Shown here: positions 16,618-25,266 of the stretch, piece by piece
Layout: every line of letters starts with the position of its first letter
Position numbering within the stretch: position 1 is the first letter of the stretch
Assembly (NCBI GenBank): GCA_050251495.1
Contig: JBFWMQ010000007.1
Coordinates: 8,214-72,213 of the forward strand
Source: Desulfovibrio sp.
GTDB lineage: Bacteria; Desulfobacterota; Desulfovibrionia; Desulfovibrionales; Desulfovibrionaceae
Reading direction: 5' to 3'
Length of the DNA: 64,000 nt
Position numbers and translations under genes: made by a program
The notes under the pieces: generated by a model
Seen by the model: only the letters and a program-made list of their open reading frames with translations
Told to the model about the DNA's origin: nothing
The model's database searches: none

Positions 16618-19362
16618 GTGAAGGAACTTCTGCCCCTGCTTCCCCGGCCCAGCCGATACCTCGGCAACGAGTGGGGCGTGGTCCGCAAGGACGCTGCCGC
16701 CGTGCGGGGGCGCATCGCGCTCGCCTTCCCGGATCTCTACGAGGTGGGCATGAGCTACCTCGGCCAGAAAATCCTGCTGCACGCCATCAACCAGCACGCG
16801 GACCTGCTGGCCGAGCGGGTCTACTCCCCCTGCGTCGACGCGGCCGCAATCCTGCGCGCCCACGACACCCCGCTGGCCACGCTGGAGACCGACACGCCGC
16901 TGGCGCGGATGGACGCGGTGGGCTTCAGCCTGACGCACGAGCTTTGCTACACCAACGTGCTGTTCATGCTCGACCTGGCGCGGATTCCCCTGCGCGCGGC
17001 CGAGCGCATGACCGGCGGGCCAGACAGCGCAAAGGAAGGCGGTAACGGCGGCGCGCCCTGGCCCATCATCATGGCCGGAGGCGGCGCGGGCTACAACGCC
17101 GAGCCGCTGGCCGAGTTCCTGGACCTGCTGGTGCTGGGCGACGGCGAGGCGGTCATGCCCGAGCTGGTGAGCCGCATCGCCGACGCGCGCAAGGCCGGAA
17201 CGCCGCGCGAAGCGCTGCTGCGCGATTTGGCGACGATCCCCGGCGTGTACGTGCCGGCCTTCTTCGCCTGGGACGGCCCCGGCCAGCCGGTGCGGCCCCT
17301 GGTGCCCGGGTATGAGCGCGTGGAAAAGGCCATCGTCGCAGATCTTGCCAGCGCGCCCTTCCCCCTTTCCCCCGCCGTGCCCTTTGGCCAGGCCGTGCAC
17401 GACCGCTACACCATCGAGCTGGCGCGCGGCTGCACGCGCGGCTGCCGTTTCTGCCACGCGGGCATGGTCTACCGCCCGGTGCGCGAGAAGACCCCGGAAC
17501 AGCTGGGCGACATGCTCTCCAAGGCCATCGAGGCCACGGGCTTCGAGGAGGTCTCGCTGTTGTCGCTCTCCACCGGCGACTACTCCGCGCTGGACACGCT
17601 GTTCGAGACCGTGTTCGACCGCTGCGCCGCCGAGCAGGTGACCATCTCCCTGCCCTCCTTGCGCGTGGGCTCCCTGTCGGAGCGCATCATGGCCCGCATG
17701 GCCAGCATCCGCCGCACCGGCGTCACCCTCGCGCCCGAGGCCGGCAGCCAGCGCCTGCGCGACGTCATCAACAAGGGCGTGGACGAGGACGCGCTCATCG
17801 CCCATGTGCGCACCCTGTTCGAAAACGGCTGGCAGCAGGTGAAGCTCTACTTCATGCTCGGCCTGCCCACGGAGACCGACGCCGACCTGGACGCCATCGT
17901 GGACCTGTGCGTCAAGGTGCGCGACGCCGCCGGACGCCACGTGAAGCGTTTGCAGGTCACCGCCGCGGTCTCGCCCTTTGTGCCCAAGACGCACACGCCC
18001 TTCCAGTGGGAGGGGCAGATCAGCATGGAGGAGATCCGCCGCCGCATCTACTACCTCAAGGACGCGCTCAAGCCGTACAAGCGCATCACCCTCAAGTACC
18101 ACCAGCCGGAAATGAGCTGCCTGGAGGGCGTGTTCTCGCGCGGGGACCGCCGCCTGGGCAAGGTCATCGAGACCGCGTACCGCAAGGGCGCGCTGTTCTC
18201 CAGCTGGAAGGACCACCTGCGGCTGGAGCCCTACCTGGAGGCCCTGGCCGAGCACGGCCTGACTGCCGAGGAGTTCCAGGGCCCGCGCGATCCCGCCGCG
18301 CCCCTGCCCTGGGACCACCTGAGCTGCGGCGTCTCCAGGAAGTTCCTGCTCGCCGAGCGCGAACGCGCCCTGGCCGAAAAGATCACGGACGACTGCCGCT
18401 ACGGTGCCTGCCGCAACTGCGGCGTGTGCAACATGCAGGGCCGCGCAAGCGAACTCGCCCGGCAGGCGCAGACTGCGGACATCCGCCCCCGCGTGGTCTT
18501 TGCCCGGCGTGACCAGGAAACCACGGACGGCGCCGAGGCCGACGCCGCTGCCCAGGGCAGAACAGCCCAGGCCCCGGCTGGCGGGCAGACGGCAACGGCC
18601 CACAGCACGCCTCCGCCAGCCCTGGCGCAAAACCCGGCCGCAAGTCCGCCCCGCGCCAACCCGCCCCATAATCCGCCCATGGGCGGCAAGAAGCCGCTCC
18701 CGCCGGACCTCGGCCTGTCCGACCGCAAGGCCCAGTACCGCATCTGGTACGAGAAGCGCGCCGAGGCCGCCTATTTGAGCCAGCTGGAATTGCAGAGCAT
18801 TCTTGAGCGCGCGCTCAGGCGCACGCGCTTCCCCCTGTCCTTCAGCGCGGGCTTCCACCCCATGCCGCGCATCTCCTTTGGCCGTGCGCTGCCCGTGGGC
18901 GTGGAGAGCGTGAGCGAATGGTTCACCCTCACCCTGCGCGAGGCGCTCAAACCGGAGTACGTGCTGGACGTGCTGGCCGCGCAGATGCCCGGCGGACTCG
19001 ACCCGGTGCGCATCGAGGAGCTGCCGGTGCTGAAGCGGCCCGTGCAGGCCGTGCGCGAGACCTTCCTGGTGCGCTATGTCGGCGGCGAGGACGAGGTGGT
19101 CCGCTGGCGGGCCTCCTGGGCGGAGTTCATGAAGCAGGACGTGGTGATGTTCGACCGCAAGAGCAAGAACGGTCCGAAGCCCACGAACCTGCGCTCCCTG
19201 GTGGCCAGCGCCGAGCCCAGGCACGACGGGACCATGGCGCTCACCTTTGACTGGTCCAAGGACTACATGAGCCCGCAGGCATTGGTGCTGGCCGTGAACA
19301 CGCCCATCAGCCCGCTTGCCGCGCATCTGCTCAAGGTGGGCCAGCAGTTCCCGGAGGGATAA
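16618..19362 (+). CDS. TIGR03960-type B12-binding radical SAM protein fused to a C-terminal DUF2344 / TIGR03936-type domain
   Basis: PSRYLGNE, AFPDLYEVGMS, ELARGCTRGCRFCHAG (CxxxCxxC), TLAPEAGSQRLR; C-terminal YLSQLEL...FSAGFHPMPRISFGRALPVGVES. Confidence 0.88.
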   Translation: MKELLPLLPRPSRYLGNEWGVVRKDAAAVRGRIALAFPDLYEVGMSYLGQKILLHAINQHADLLAERVYSPCVDAAAILRAHDTPLATLETDTPLARMDAVGFSLTHELCYTNVLFMLDLARIPLRAAERMTGGPDSAKEGGNGGAPWPIIMAGGGAGYNAEPLAEFLDLLVLGDGEAVMPELVSRIADARKAGTPREALLRDLATIPGVYVPAFFAWDGPGQPVRPLVPGYERVEKAIVADLASAPFPLSPAVPFGQAVHDRYTIELARGCTRGCRFCHAGMVYRPVREKTPEQLGDMLSKAIEATGFEEVSLLSLSTGDYSALDTLFETVFDRCAAEQVTISLPSLRVGSLSERIMARMASIRRTGVTLAPEAGSQRLRDVINKGVDEDALIAHVRTLFENGWQQVKLYFMLGLPTETDADLDAIVDLCVKVRDAAGRHVKRLQVTAAVSPFVPKTHTPFQWEGQISMEEIRRRIYYLKDALKPYKRITLKYHQPEMSCLEGVFSRGDRRLGKVIETAYRKGALFSSWKDHLRLEPYLEALAEHGLTAEEFQGPRDPAAPLPWDHLSCGVSRKFLLAERERALAEKITDDCRYGACRNCGVCNMQGRASELARQAQTADIRPRVVFARRDQETTDGAEADAAAQGRTAQAPAGGQTATAHSTPPPALAQNPAASPPRANPPHNPPMGGKKPLPPDLGLSDRKAQYRIWYEKRAEAAYLSQLELQSILERALRRTRFPLSFSAGFHPMPRISFGRALPVGVESVSEWFTLTLREALKPEYVLDVLAAQMPGGLDPVRIEELPVLKRPVQAVRETFLVRYVGGEDEVVRWRASWAEFMKQDVVMFDRKSKNGPKPTNLRSLVASAEPRHDGTMALTFDWSKDYMSPQALVLAVNTPISPLAAHLLKVGQQFPEG

Positions 19363-19465
19363 CGGGGAACATTCCCAAGGCAACGGCGGCGTTTAGCCCC
19401 GGCCAGCCTTGCCGGGCACAGCGACAACCCGCACCCTGTTCCGCGGCGCAATGGAGAGGCTTCCC

Positions 19466-20227
19466 ATGCCCAGCACGCAACAGTCCCGGACCGCCCTCAG
19501 CTACCTTGCCGTGGTTGCCTTGAGCGTTCTGGCGCTGCAAACCGTGGTCGTCATCGCGCACGAATTCACCCACAGCACCGTGGCCTGGCTCCTCGGCCAG
19601 ATGGACAGCCCCGGGGACATCATCTGGGGCAACCCTTTCACCTTGAGCGGCTGGGATGAGGGCGTCGAGTACCACAGGCTGTTCGCAGCCGGGCAGCTCA
19701 CGGAGGCCGCCATCATCGGCGTCAGCCCCCTTCTCCTGCACGCGGGCATCGTGAGCTGCGGGCTTGCGCTGCTCGTGCGGGGCAGGCCGCGGAACCGCTG
19801 GGCCTTCCACGCCCTGTACTGGTTCGTGGTGACCAACCTGATGGAGCTCATTGCCTACCTCCTCATGCGCGCCTTCGCCTCCGGCGGGGATACCGGCATC
19901 TTCAACCGAGGGATGCAACTGAACCCTTGGTTCCTGTTCTGCCTAGGCAACCTCGCCCTGGCAGCCTGGCTTGGCGTGCTTTTCGGGAAGGTCTTGCCAC
20001 GCATGAACGCCCGCTTCGCCGCAGAAAATCCGCTCGGGCAATGGCTCATCCTGGGGCTGACGGCCTTCGTCCTCTTTCTCTGGGGCAGCGGACTGCGCAT
20101 CGTGCTGTACGTGTACCCCGACCCGCAGTGGCTGTTCGGCCTGCTGGGCTTCGCGGCCTTTGGCGCTGCGCTGGCGCTGTGCCAGCCTTCACGGCCCTGG
20201 ATGGCCCGGCGCACGCAGGCGCGCTGA
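19466..20227 (+). CDS. Polytopic membrane protein with HExxH, putative M50-like zinc metalloprotease
   Basis: About 6-7 hydrophobic segments; HEFTH at 19559-19573 at the end of TM1; later GGDTG. RBS GGAGAGG precedes ATG 19466. Confidence 0.6.
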   Translation: MPSTQQSRTALSYLAVVALSVLALQTVVVIAHEFTHSTVAWLLGQMDSPGDIIWGNPFTLSGWDEGVEYHRLFAAGQLTEAAIIGVSPLLLHAGIVSCGLALLVRGRPRNRWAFHALYWFVVTNLMELIAYLLMRAFASGGDTGIFNRGMQLNPWFLFCLGNLALAAWLGVLFGKVLPRMNARFAAENPLGQWLILGLTAFVLFLWGSGLRIVLYVYPDPQWLFGLLGFAAFGAALALCQPSRPWMARRTQAR

Positions 20228-20276
20228 GGCCGCCGATCCAGCGGGGACATTCCCGGGCGGATGTATGCCTCGTATC

Positions 20277-21380
20277 CTACTGCGCCGGGGGCACCGGCAC
20301 GGTTGCGAAGGGCCGCGTCGGGTCCGGCTTGAGGGTGCCCTTGCCGGGAAAGATGGCGTCGTACTGGAGGTTGTCGCCCGGGATGGTGAAGTAGCCCTCG
20401 CGCACGGCCTGGGGCGCGCCCAGGCGCAGCAATTCGCTTACCGTCACCAGCTCATAGCCCCGCTTGCGCAGGGCGGGCAGCAAGCGCTCCAGGATCTCGA
20501 AGCTCTTTTGCGGCACGGCGTTGGCGTGCAGCAGGATGATCGAGCCCGGCCGCACCTGGGCCAGGGCGTTTTTCGCAAGCACATACGGCGCATTGTGCTC
20601 CTCCTCGCGCTCCCCATCCACGTCCCACTGGATCACCGGATAGCCCAGCTCCGCAAGGGTGTTCAGCGCCAGCTCCGAGCTGCGGCCATAGGGCAGGCGC
20701 ATGAGCGCCAGCCCCTGCGGCACGCGGTCCATTTCCCGGTCCAGCCCCCTGGCCGCCGCCCTGCGCCCAAGCTCCACGCGCAGGTTGGCGTACTGCACCT
20801 CGGTGAGCCGCATCTGGCTCTCGATCTCCGCGCGCGTCATGAGCGCCAGATTGCCGTGGGTCCAGGTATGGCTCGCAAGCTCGAAGCGCGGGTCGGCCAT
20901 GAGCTGCATGGCGGGTTCCGGGTGCGAGCGCATCCACTTGCCGCCCGCGAAGAAGGTGGCCTTGGCGTTGCTTGCCCGCAGCAGGTTGATGATTCTGTTG
21001 TTGTAGCCCGCCACGTTGTTGGCCCGCTCGCAGAGGTCGAAGGTCACGGCCACGAGCTTGCGGCGGGATTGCGGCTGTACCCGGCGGATGGCCCCGTGCA
21101 GGGCGGCGGGCACGGGTTGCCGCGCGGCGAGGGCGGCCCCGGGGGCCAGAACCGGGGTGCTCGGGTCCGGCTCGCCCACCGCGCCGATGACGCGGTCAAC
21201 GTCGCTCCCGGCAAGCTCCGCCGGGGACCAGAGCCCGCGCAGCAGGGCGTCCGAGCCGAAGCGCAACCCGGCAGGCGGCTCCGACGCCTTGGCGGCGGGC
21301 GGTCCAGCCGCGAGGCTGGCCGGAGCAAGACAGAGCATGAGACCGAGAGACAGAAGCAAAAAGCGCGGCAGCATCTTCAT
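20277..21380 (-). CDS. Polysaccharide deacetylase (NodB / CE4) family, exported
   Basis: Signal peptide; VAVTFDL, ATFFAGG, LASHTWTH, MRLPYG, IQWDVD, GSIILLHAN and GYELVTVSELL motifs. Confidence 0.85.
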   Translation of the reverse strand: MKMLPRFLLLSLGLMLCLAPASLAAGPPAAKASEPPAGLRFGSDALLRGLWSPAELAGSDVDRVIGAVGEPDPSTPVLAPGAALAARQPVPAALHGAIRRVQPQSRRKLVAVTFDLCERANNVAGYNNRIINLLRASNAKATFFAGGKWMRSHPEPAMQLMADPRFELASHTWTHGNLALMTRAEIESQMRLTEVQYANLRVELGRRAAARGLDREMDRVPQGLALMRLPYGRSSELALNTLAELGYPVIQWDVDGEREEEHNAPYVLAKNALAQVRPGSIILLHANAVPQKSFEILERLLPALRKRGYELVTVSELLRLGAPQAVREGYFTIPGDNLQYDAIFPGKGTLKPDPTRPFATVPVPPAQ

Positions 21381-21423
21381 CAAACGAACCTCCAGAAAAG
21401 TCGGCTGCCCCACCGGCCAGGGG

Positions 21424-22557
21424 CTACTGCGGCACGACGCCGGGAATGATGATCTCCGACTCCTTCAGGGCGTCGGACGGAGCGGGCTGAGTGGGCTTTT
21501 CCGGCTGCTGCTTCTCGCCTTTGAGCGCCGGGCGCAAGGGCAGCCCGGCCTTGCGCTTCTGCTCAATCTCCGCCGCGGCGGCTTCCAGGCCCACATAGCG
21601 GGCGCTGGTGCTCGGGTGGGAACTGCCCATGGTGATGGCCCCGGGGTTCTCCACGGCCATGCGCCGCCAGATGTCCGGCACGTTCTGGATGCTGTACCCG
21701 GCCCGCGCGGTGAAATAGAGCCCCGCGTAATCGGCCTCGGCCTCGAACTCCTGACTGTAGGCGTTGGCACCGATCTGGCCGCCCACGTTGGGGTTCACTC
21801 CGGTCAAGATGGCGATGGGCAGGTCGAACAGCAGCGCGCCGAGCAACGCGTTGCCCCGCTTTGCGCCGATGTGCTTCATTGTGTTGTGGGCCAGCTCGTG
21901 TCCCAGGATCGCCGCAAGCTCATCGTCAGACTGCACGAACTTCATCATGCCGGTGTAGACGACAATGTTTTCGCCATCCGCGTACGCGTTGACCATGGGA
22001 TTCTGCTTGAGCAGAAGGCCATGCCCGCAAAGACGCGCAGGGGTGATGCCGACTTCCAGCGGCGCGCCGGCGCGCTCCAGCGCCAGCTTCAGGGGGGCGC
22101 CCGTGGCCAGCGCCTTGTCCATGGCGGCCAGCGCCTCCTTCTTGCTCGCAACCGGCCGCCCCTCCACGGACGACAGCACGTCGCCGGGCTGGATTCCGGC
22201 AGCCCTGGCCGGACTGCCCGGGGCCACTTGGTACACGGTGACGCGGTCGCCCACGCCGACCACGCTGGCCAACGCGGGCCGATAGTCCTTGGGGAAGTCC
22301 CCGGCTGCGGCGAAGCTCATCCCCAGGCCGTAGGACAGCAGATCTCCGCACAGCTCCACGTTGGCGCTGCGCAGCGCCCAGCCCACGCGGTCCAGGCGCT
22401 CCAGCTTGGTCATATAGTCGCGCATGGCCATCTCCTGCTGTTTTCTCGCCTCATCCCCCACGCGGGAGGAATCGACAACAGGCAGGTTGGCCTGCGGGGC
22501 GCAGGCGCACAGCAGCAGGGCGCACAGCGCGCAGAACACGAAACGCGGGCAAGGCAT
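21424..22557 (-). CDS. M48 family zinc metalloprotease lipoprotein with a PDZ domain
   Basis: Lipobox LLCA-C; PDZ-like VAPGSPARAAGIQPGDVL; VNAYADG, AAILGHELAH, YSQEFEAEADYAG and SHP. C-terminal part of track ORF 21424..23625. Confidence 0.87.
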   Translation of the reverse strand: MPCPRFVFCALCALLLCACAPQANLPVVDSSRVGDEARKQQEMAMRDYMTKLERLDRVGWALRSANVELCGDLLSYGLGMSFAAAGDFPKDYRPALASVVGVGDRVTVYQVAPGSPARAAGIQPGDVLSSVEGRPVASKKEALAAMDKALATGAPLKLALERAGAPLEVGITPARLCGHGLLLKQNPMVNAYADGENIVVYTGMMKFVQSDDELAAILGHELAHNTMKHIGAKRGNALLGALLFDLPIAILTGVNPNVGGQIGANAYSQEFEAEADYAGLYFTARAGYSIQNVPDIWRRMAVENPGAITMGSSHPSTSARYVGLEAAAAEIEQKRKAGLPLRPALKGEKQQPEKPTQPAPSDALKESEIIIPGVVPQ

Positions 22558-22700
22558 ACGGAACCTCCAGTGACGGCAGCCCCTTGGTCTGCGGACGCAA
22601 GGCAAAACAAGGAGACTGCGGCGCATACCGACTACATGATGCCGCCGCATGAAGGCAAGCGGCCACGCATGCCTCCCCCCCTCTTTTGCCCGCCATGCGG

Positions 22701-23477
22701 CTACTTGCCGCCAAAGACCTTCTTGAGCAGCGAGGTGGTGCGCTCCGCCGGGTTGGTGCGGATGTCCTTCTCCTCCTGGGCGATCAGGGTGAACAGTCCG
22801 TCCTGGGCCTTGGCGTTCACGTAGGCGTCCAGGTCCAGGCCATAGGACTGGGCAAGGCTTGCCGCCAGCGGATTGGCCGCAAGGCGCTTGTAGGCCTTGG
22901 CCACGCCCACGGAGTCCGTGGCCTTGGAGATGATGGGCTGCATCAGCTCGGCGATCTTGGCTCCGCTCGACTTGCGGAAGTACTGCGTGGCCGCGTCCTG
23001 CGGGCCGGTGAGGATGCCCTTGGCGTCGCTGACGCTCATGTTCTTGACCGCGTCGCCCAGGATGTTCGCGGCCTGGGGGACCGCCTTTTCCGCCGCGCGG
23101 TTCATGGCCAGCACCAGATCGTCGATGAGTTGGCCCTGGCCCGCGAGGCGCAGGGGGCCTTCCAGCTTTTGCAGTTGTTCCGGCAGCAGGATGCGCACGG
23201 CCTGGTTGCCGAAATAGCCGTCGGTCTTGCCCAGGCTGGCGATGGACGTGCTGACGCCCTTGCCCAGGGCCTCCTTGAGCCCCTTGGTGATGTCCGTGTC
23301 CGACAGCCCGGCCCCAAGGGCGGTTGTGGCGGTGGAGCCGCCCTGCTGCACGGGGACCTGCTGCTGGACCTTGTCCAGAACATCGGCCCAGCCAGCCAGG
23401 GCGGGCGGTGCGAGAAGGGCCGCGCCGAGGAGCGTGGCGGCGAAAAGGCGCAGGGGCATGGTGAGGGAACGTTTCAT
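22701..23477 (-). CDS. DUF4197 family exported protein
   Basis: Signal peptide; GLKEAL.KG, LGKTDGYFGN.AVRILLP, MNRAAE.AVP.A, AATQYF and GLF.LIA.EEK.IR.NP. Confidence 0.88.
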   Translation of the reverse strand: MKRSLTMPLRLFAATLLGAALLAPPALAGWADVLDKVQQQVPVQQGGSTATTALGAGLSDTDITKGLKEALGKGVSTSIASLGKTDGYFGNQAVRILLPEQLQKLEGPLRLAGQGQLIDDLVLAMNRAAEKAVPQAANILGDAVKNMSVSDAKGILTGPQDAATQYFRKSSGAKIAELMQPIISKATDSVGVAKAYKRLAANPLAASLAQSYGLDLDAYVNAKAQDGLFTLIAQEEKDIRTNPAERTTSLLKKVFGGK

Positions 23478-23564
23478 GGCGGCCTCCTGAAGGTCGGACG
23501 GTTTCGAGCCTGTCTGAGCATATCCCTTGGGGAGGCGCTCGGCAAGAATCTCCGGAAGCGTTCC

Positions 23565-23580
23565 TGGTCCGCATCATGCA
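23565..23580 (+). promoter_or_regulatory. Candidate sigma-54 promoter
   Basis: TGGTCCGCATCATGCA with GG-N10-GC spacing, about 28 nt upstream of the EF-hand gene ATG; only a partial match to consensus. Confidence 0.4.
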
Positions 23581-23607
23581 TATAGGCGCGCAGGAGGAAA
23601 AAAACTC

Positions 23608-24219
23608 ATGCGCATCAATCCACATCTTGCCAACCAGATGTACCTGAACTCCGGCGACGAGGACAAGACCTGCCTTTCAACAGGCACCTATACCGGCCTG
23701 GCGGCGGCGAAATACATCAAGGACAACGACAAGGACGGCGACAAGTGCCTGTCCGCCGACGAGGTGACCCTCTCCGCCGAGGCCTTCGCCAAGCTCGACG
23801 CCGACAAGGACGGCAAGGTGACCAAGGATGAGATGAAGGCCTCGCTGGCCGGCAAGGACAACGAAATCTACCAGTACTACAAGAACGGCGGCGCAACCGC
23901 CGAGACGCCGGACATCACCTCAGCGCTGTTGAACAATTCCAACTCAAGCAGTACGACCTCTGGCACCTATGCAGGCTTGGCGGCCAAGCGCTATCTGGCC
24001 GACAAGGACAAGAACGGGGACGGCGTGCTCAGCAGCGACGAGGTCTCCCTCACGGCCGAAATCTTCACCAAGATGGACAAGGACGGCGATGGCAAGGTGA
24101 CCAGGGCCGAGCTGAACTCCGTGCTCTCCAGCAAGGACAGCGCCATCAGGAAGTACTACCAGAACGGCGGCACCAGCGCCGTTACGGACTTGACATCCAC
24201 GTTGCTGGCGAAAATTTAG
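23608..24219 (+). CDS. Four-EF-hand protein made of two tandem ~93-aa repeats
   Basis: AGGAGG RBS; EF loops DKDGDKCLSADE, DADKDGKVTKDE, DKNGDGVLSSDE and DKDGDGKVTRAE; repeats start at 23683 (GTYTGLAA) and 23962 (GTYAGLAA). Confidence 0.85.
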   Translation: MRINPHLANQMYLNSGDEDKTCLSTGTYTGLAAAKYIKDNDKDGDKCLSADEVTLSAEAFAKLDADKDGKVTKDEMKASLAGKDNEIYQYYKNGGATAETPDITSALLNNSNSSSTTSGTYAGLAAKRYLADKDKNGDGVLSSDEVSLTAEIFTKMDKDGDGKVTRAELNSVLSSKDSAIRKYYQNGGTSAVTDLTSTLLAKI

Positions 24220-24223
24220 GGGC

Positions 24224-24505
24224 ATGAGCCCGGCAAACGGCAGCGACGAATTCCCCTCCCTCGGCCCGGCGACCGGCCAGGGCGAGGGGGTGCGCATCTA
24301 CGGCAAGGAAGGCTGCCCGCACACCAAGCGGGCCAGGGCCGCGTTGCCGCGCGCGCTTTTCGTGGACGTGCTGGCCGACCCGGCCGCGCTGGAGGAGATG
24401 CTCCGGCTCTCCGGCGGGGTGCGGCGCATCCCGGTCATCGTCCAGAGTGACGGGCACGGCGACGCCGTTCAGATCGGCTTCCAGCGCGGGGCCTGACACA
24501 TCTGA
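24224..24505 (+). CDS. Glutaredoxin-like UXX-star-type (seleno)protein; TGA at 24494-24496 probably Sec
   Basis: YGKEGCPHT and LSGGVRRIPVIV thioredoxin-fold motifs; ends GFQRGA-TGA-CAC-ATC-TGA, i.e. U-H-I-stop. The ORF track stops at 24496. Confidence 0.7.
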
Positions 24506-24532
24506 ACGCCGGGCCGTGCGCCTGCGCACCAG

Positions 24533-24569
24533 GAAAAAGAGCCGACGGGTCACCCCGCCGGCTCTTTTC
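24533..24569. terminator. Bidirectional intrinsic terminator
   Basis: GAAAAAGAGCCG...CGGCTCTTTTC between convergent genes. Confidence 0.7.
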
Positions 24570-24591
24570 GCGTCATGTGGACGCGCTTCGG

Positions 24592-25266
24592 TTAGCGCAG
24601 GCCGCGCACCCGGTCCAGCACGGCCTCCAGCACCTCGGTCTCTGTCAGGTGCGTGGTGTCCACCACCATGGCGTCGGGCGCGGGCATGAGGGGCGCGATG
24701 CTGCGGGTGCGGTCCTGCTCGTCGCGCTGGCGGATGCTCGCCGCGATGGCGGCAAAATCCGCCGGGCGGCCCTGGCTCTCAAGCTGGCGGCAGCGTCTGC
24801 GCGCCCGCTCGTCCGGGTCGGCGTCGAGGAAGAACTTGTGCGCGGCGTCCGGGAACACCACCGTGCCCATGTCGCGGCCCTCGGCCACCAGCGGCGTGGT
24901 CTGGCCCAGGCGGATCTGCGCCATCTTCATGTACGCGCGCACCGAAGGGGCCACAGCCAGTTGCGAGGCCCAGCGGCCCGTCTCCTCGCTGCGGATGGCC
25001 TCGGGCAGGGGCTGGCCGTTCAACAGCAACTCGGTGTCCTGGCCGCTGCCGCGCAGGGAGAACTCGAAATCGCCCAGCTTCTGCTGGAGTATGCCCTGGC
25101 TCCAGTCCCAGGCCCCCTCGCCCAACGAGTGGGCCGCGGCGCGGAACATGGCCCCGGTGTCCAGGAATGCCAGGCCGAGTTCAGCGGCCAGACGTTTGGC
25201 CAAGGTGCTCTTTCCCACTCCGGCGGGTCCGTCCAGGGTAACGATCATCGGGGGCTTCCTAGCCAT
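24592..25266 (-). CDS. cmk: Cytidylate kinase
   Basis: TLDGPAGVGKST, LDTGAMFRA, VAEGRDMGTVVFPDA and RDEQDRTR..APL. Confidence 0.96.
   Translation of the reverse strand: MARKPPMIVTLDGPAGVGKSTLAKRLAAELGLAFLDTGAMFRAAAHSLGEGAWDWSQGILQQKLGDFEFSLRGSGQDTELLLNGQPLPEAIRSEETGRWASQLAVAPSVRAYMKMAQIRLGQTTPLVAEGRDMGTVVFPDAAHKFFLDADPDERARRRCRQLESQGRPADFAAIAASIRQRDEQDRTRSIAPLMPAPDAMVVDTTHLTETEVLEAVLDRVRGLR

Noticed and set aside
16516-19383. 955-aa antisense ORF, and similar long shadow ORFs (1539..3677, 4928..6454, 6644..8827, 10897..12843, 45162..47414, 49015..51270, 54415..57450, 60171..62363)
   Set aside because: They mirror well-supported genes on the opposite strand, have no motifs, and are expected in ~70% GC DNA with few stop codons.
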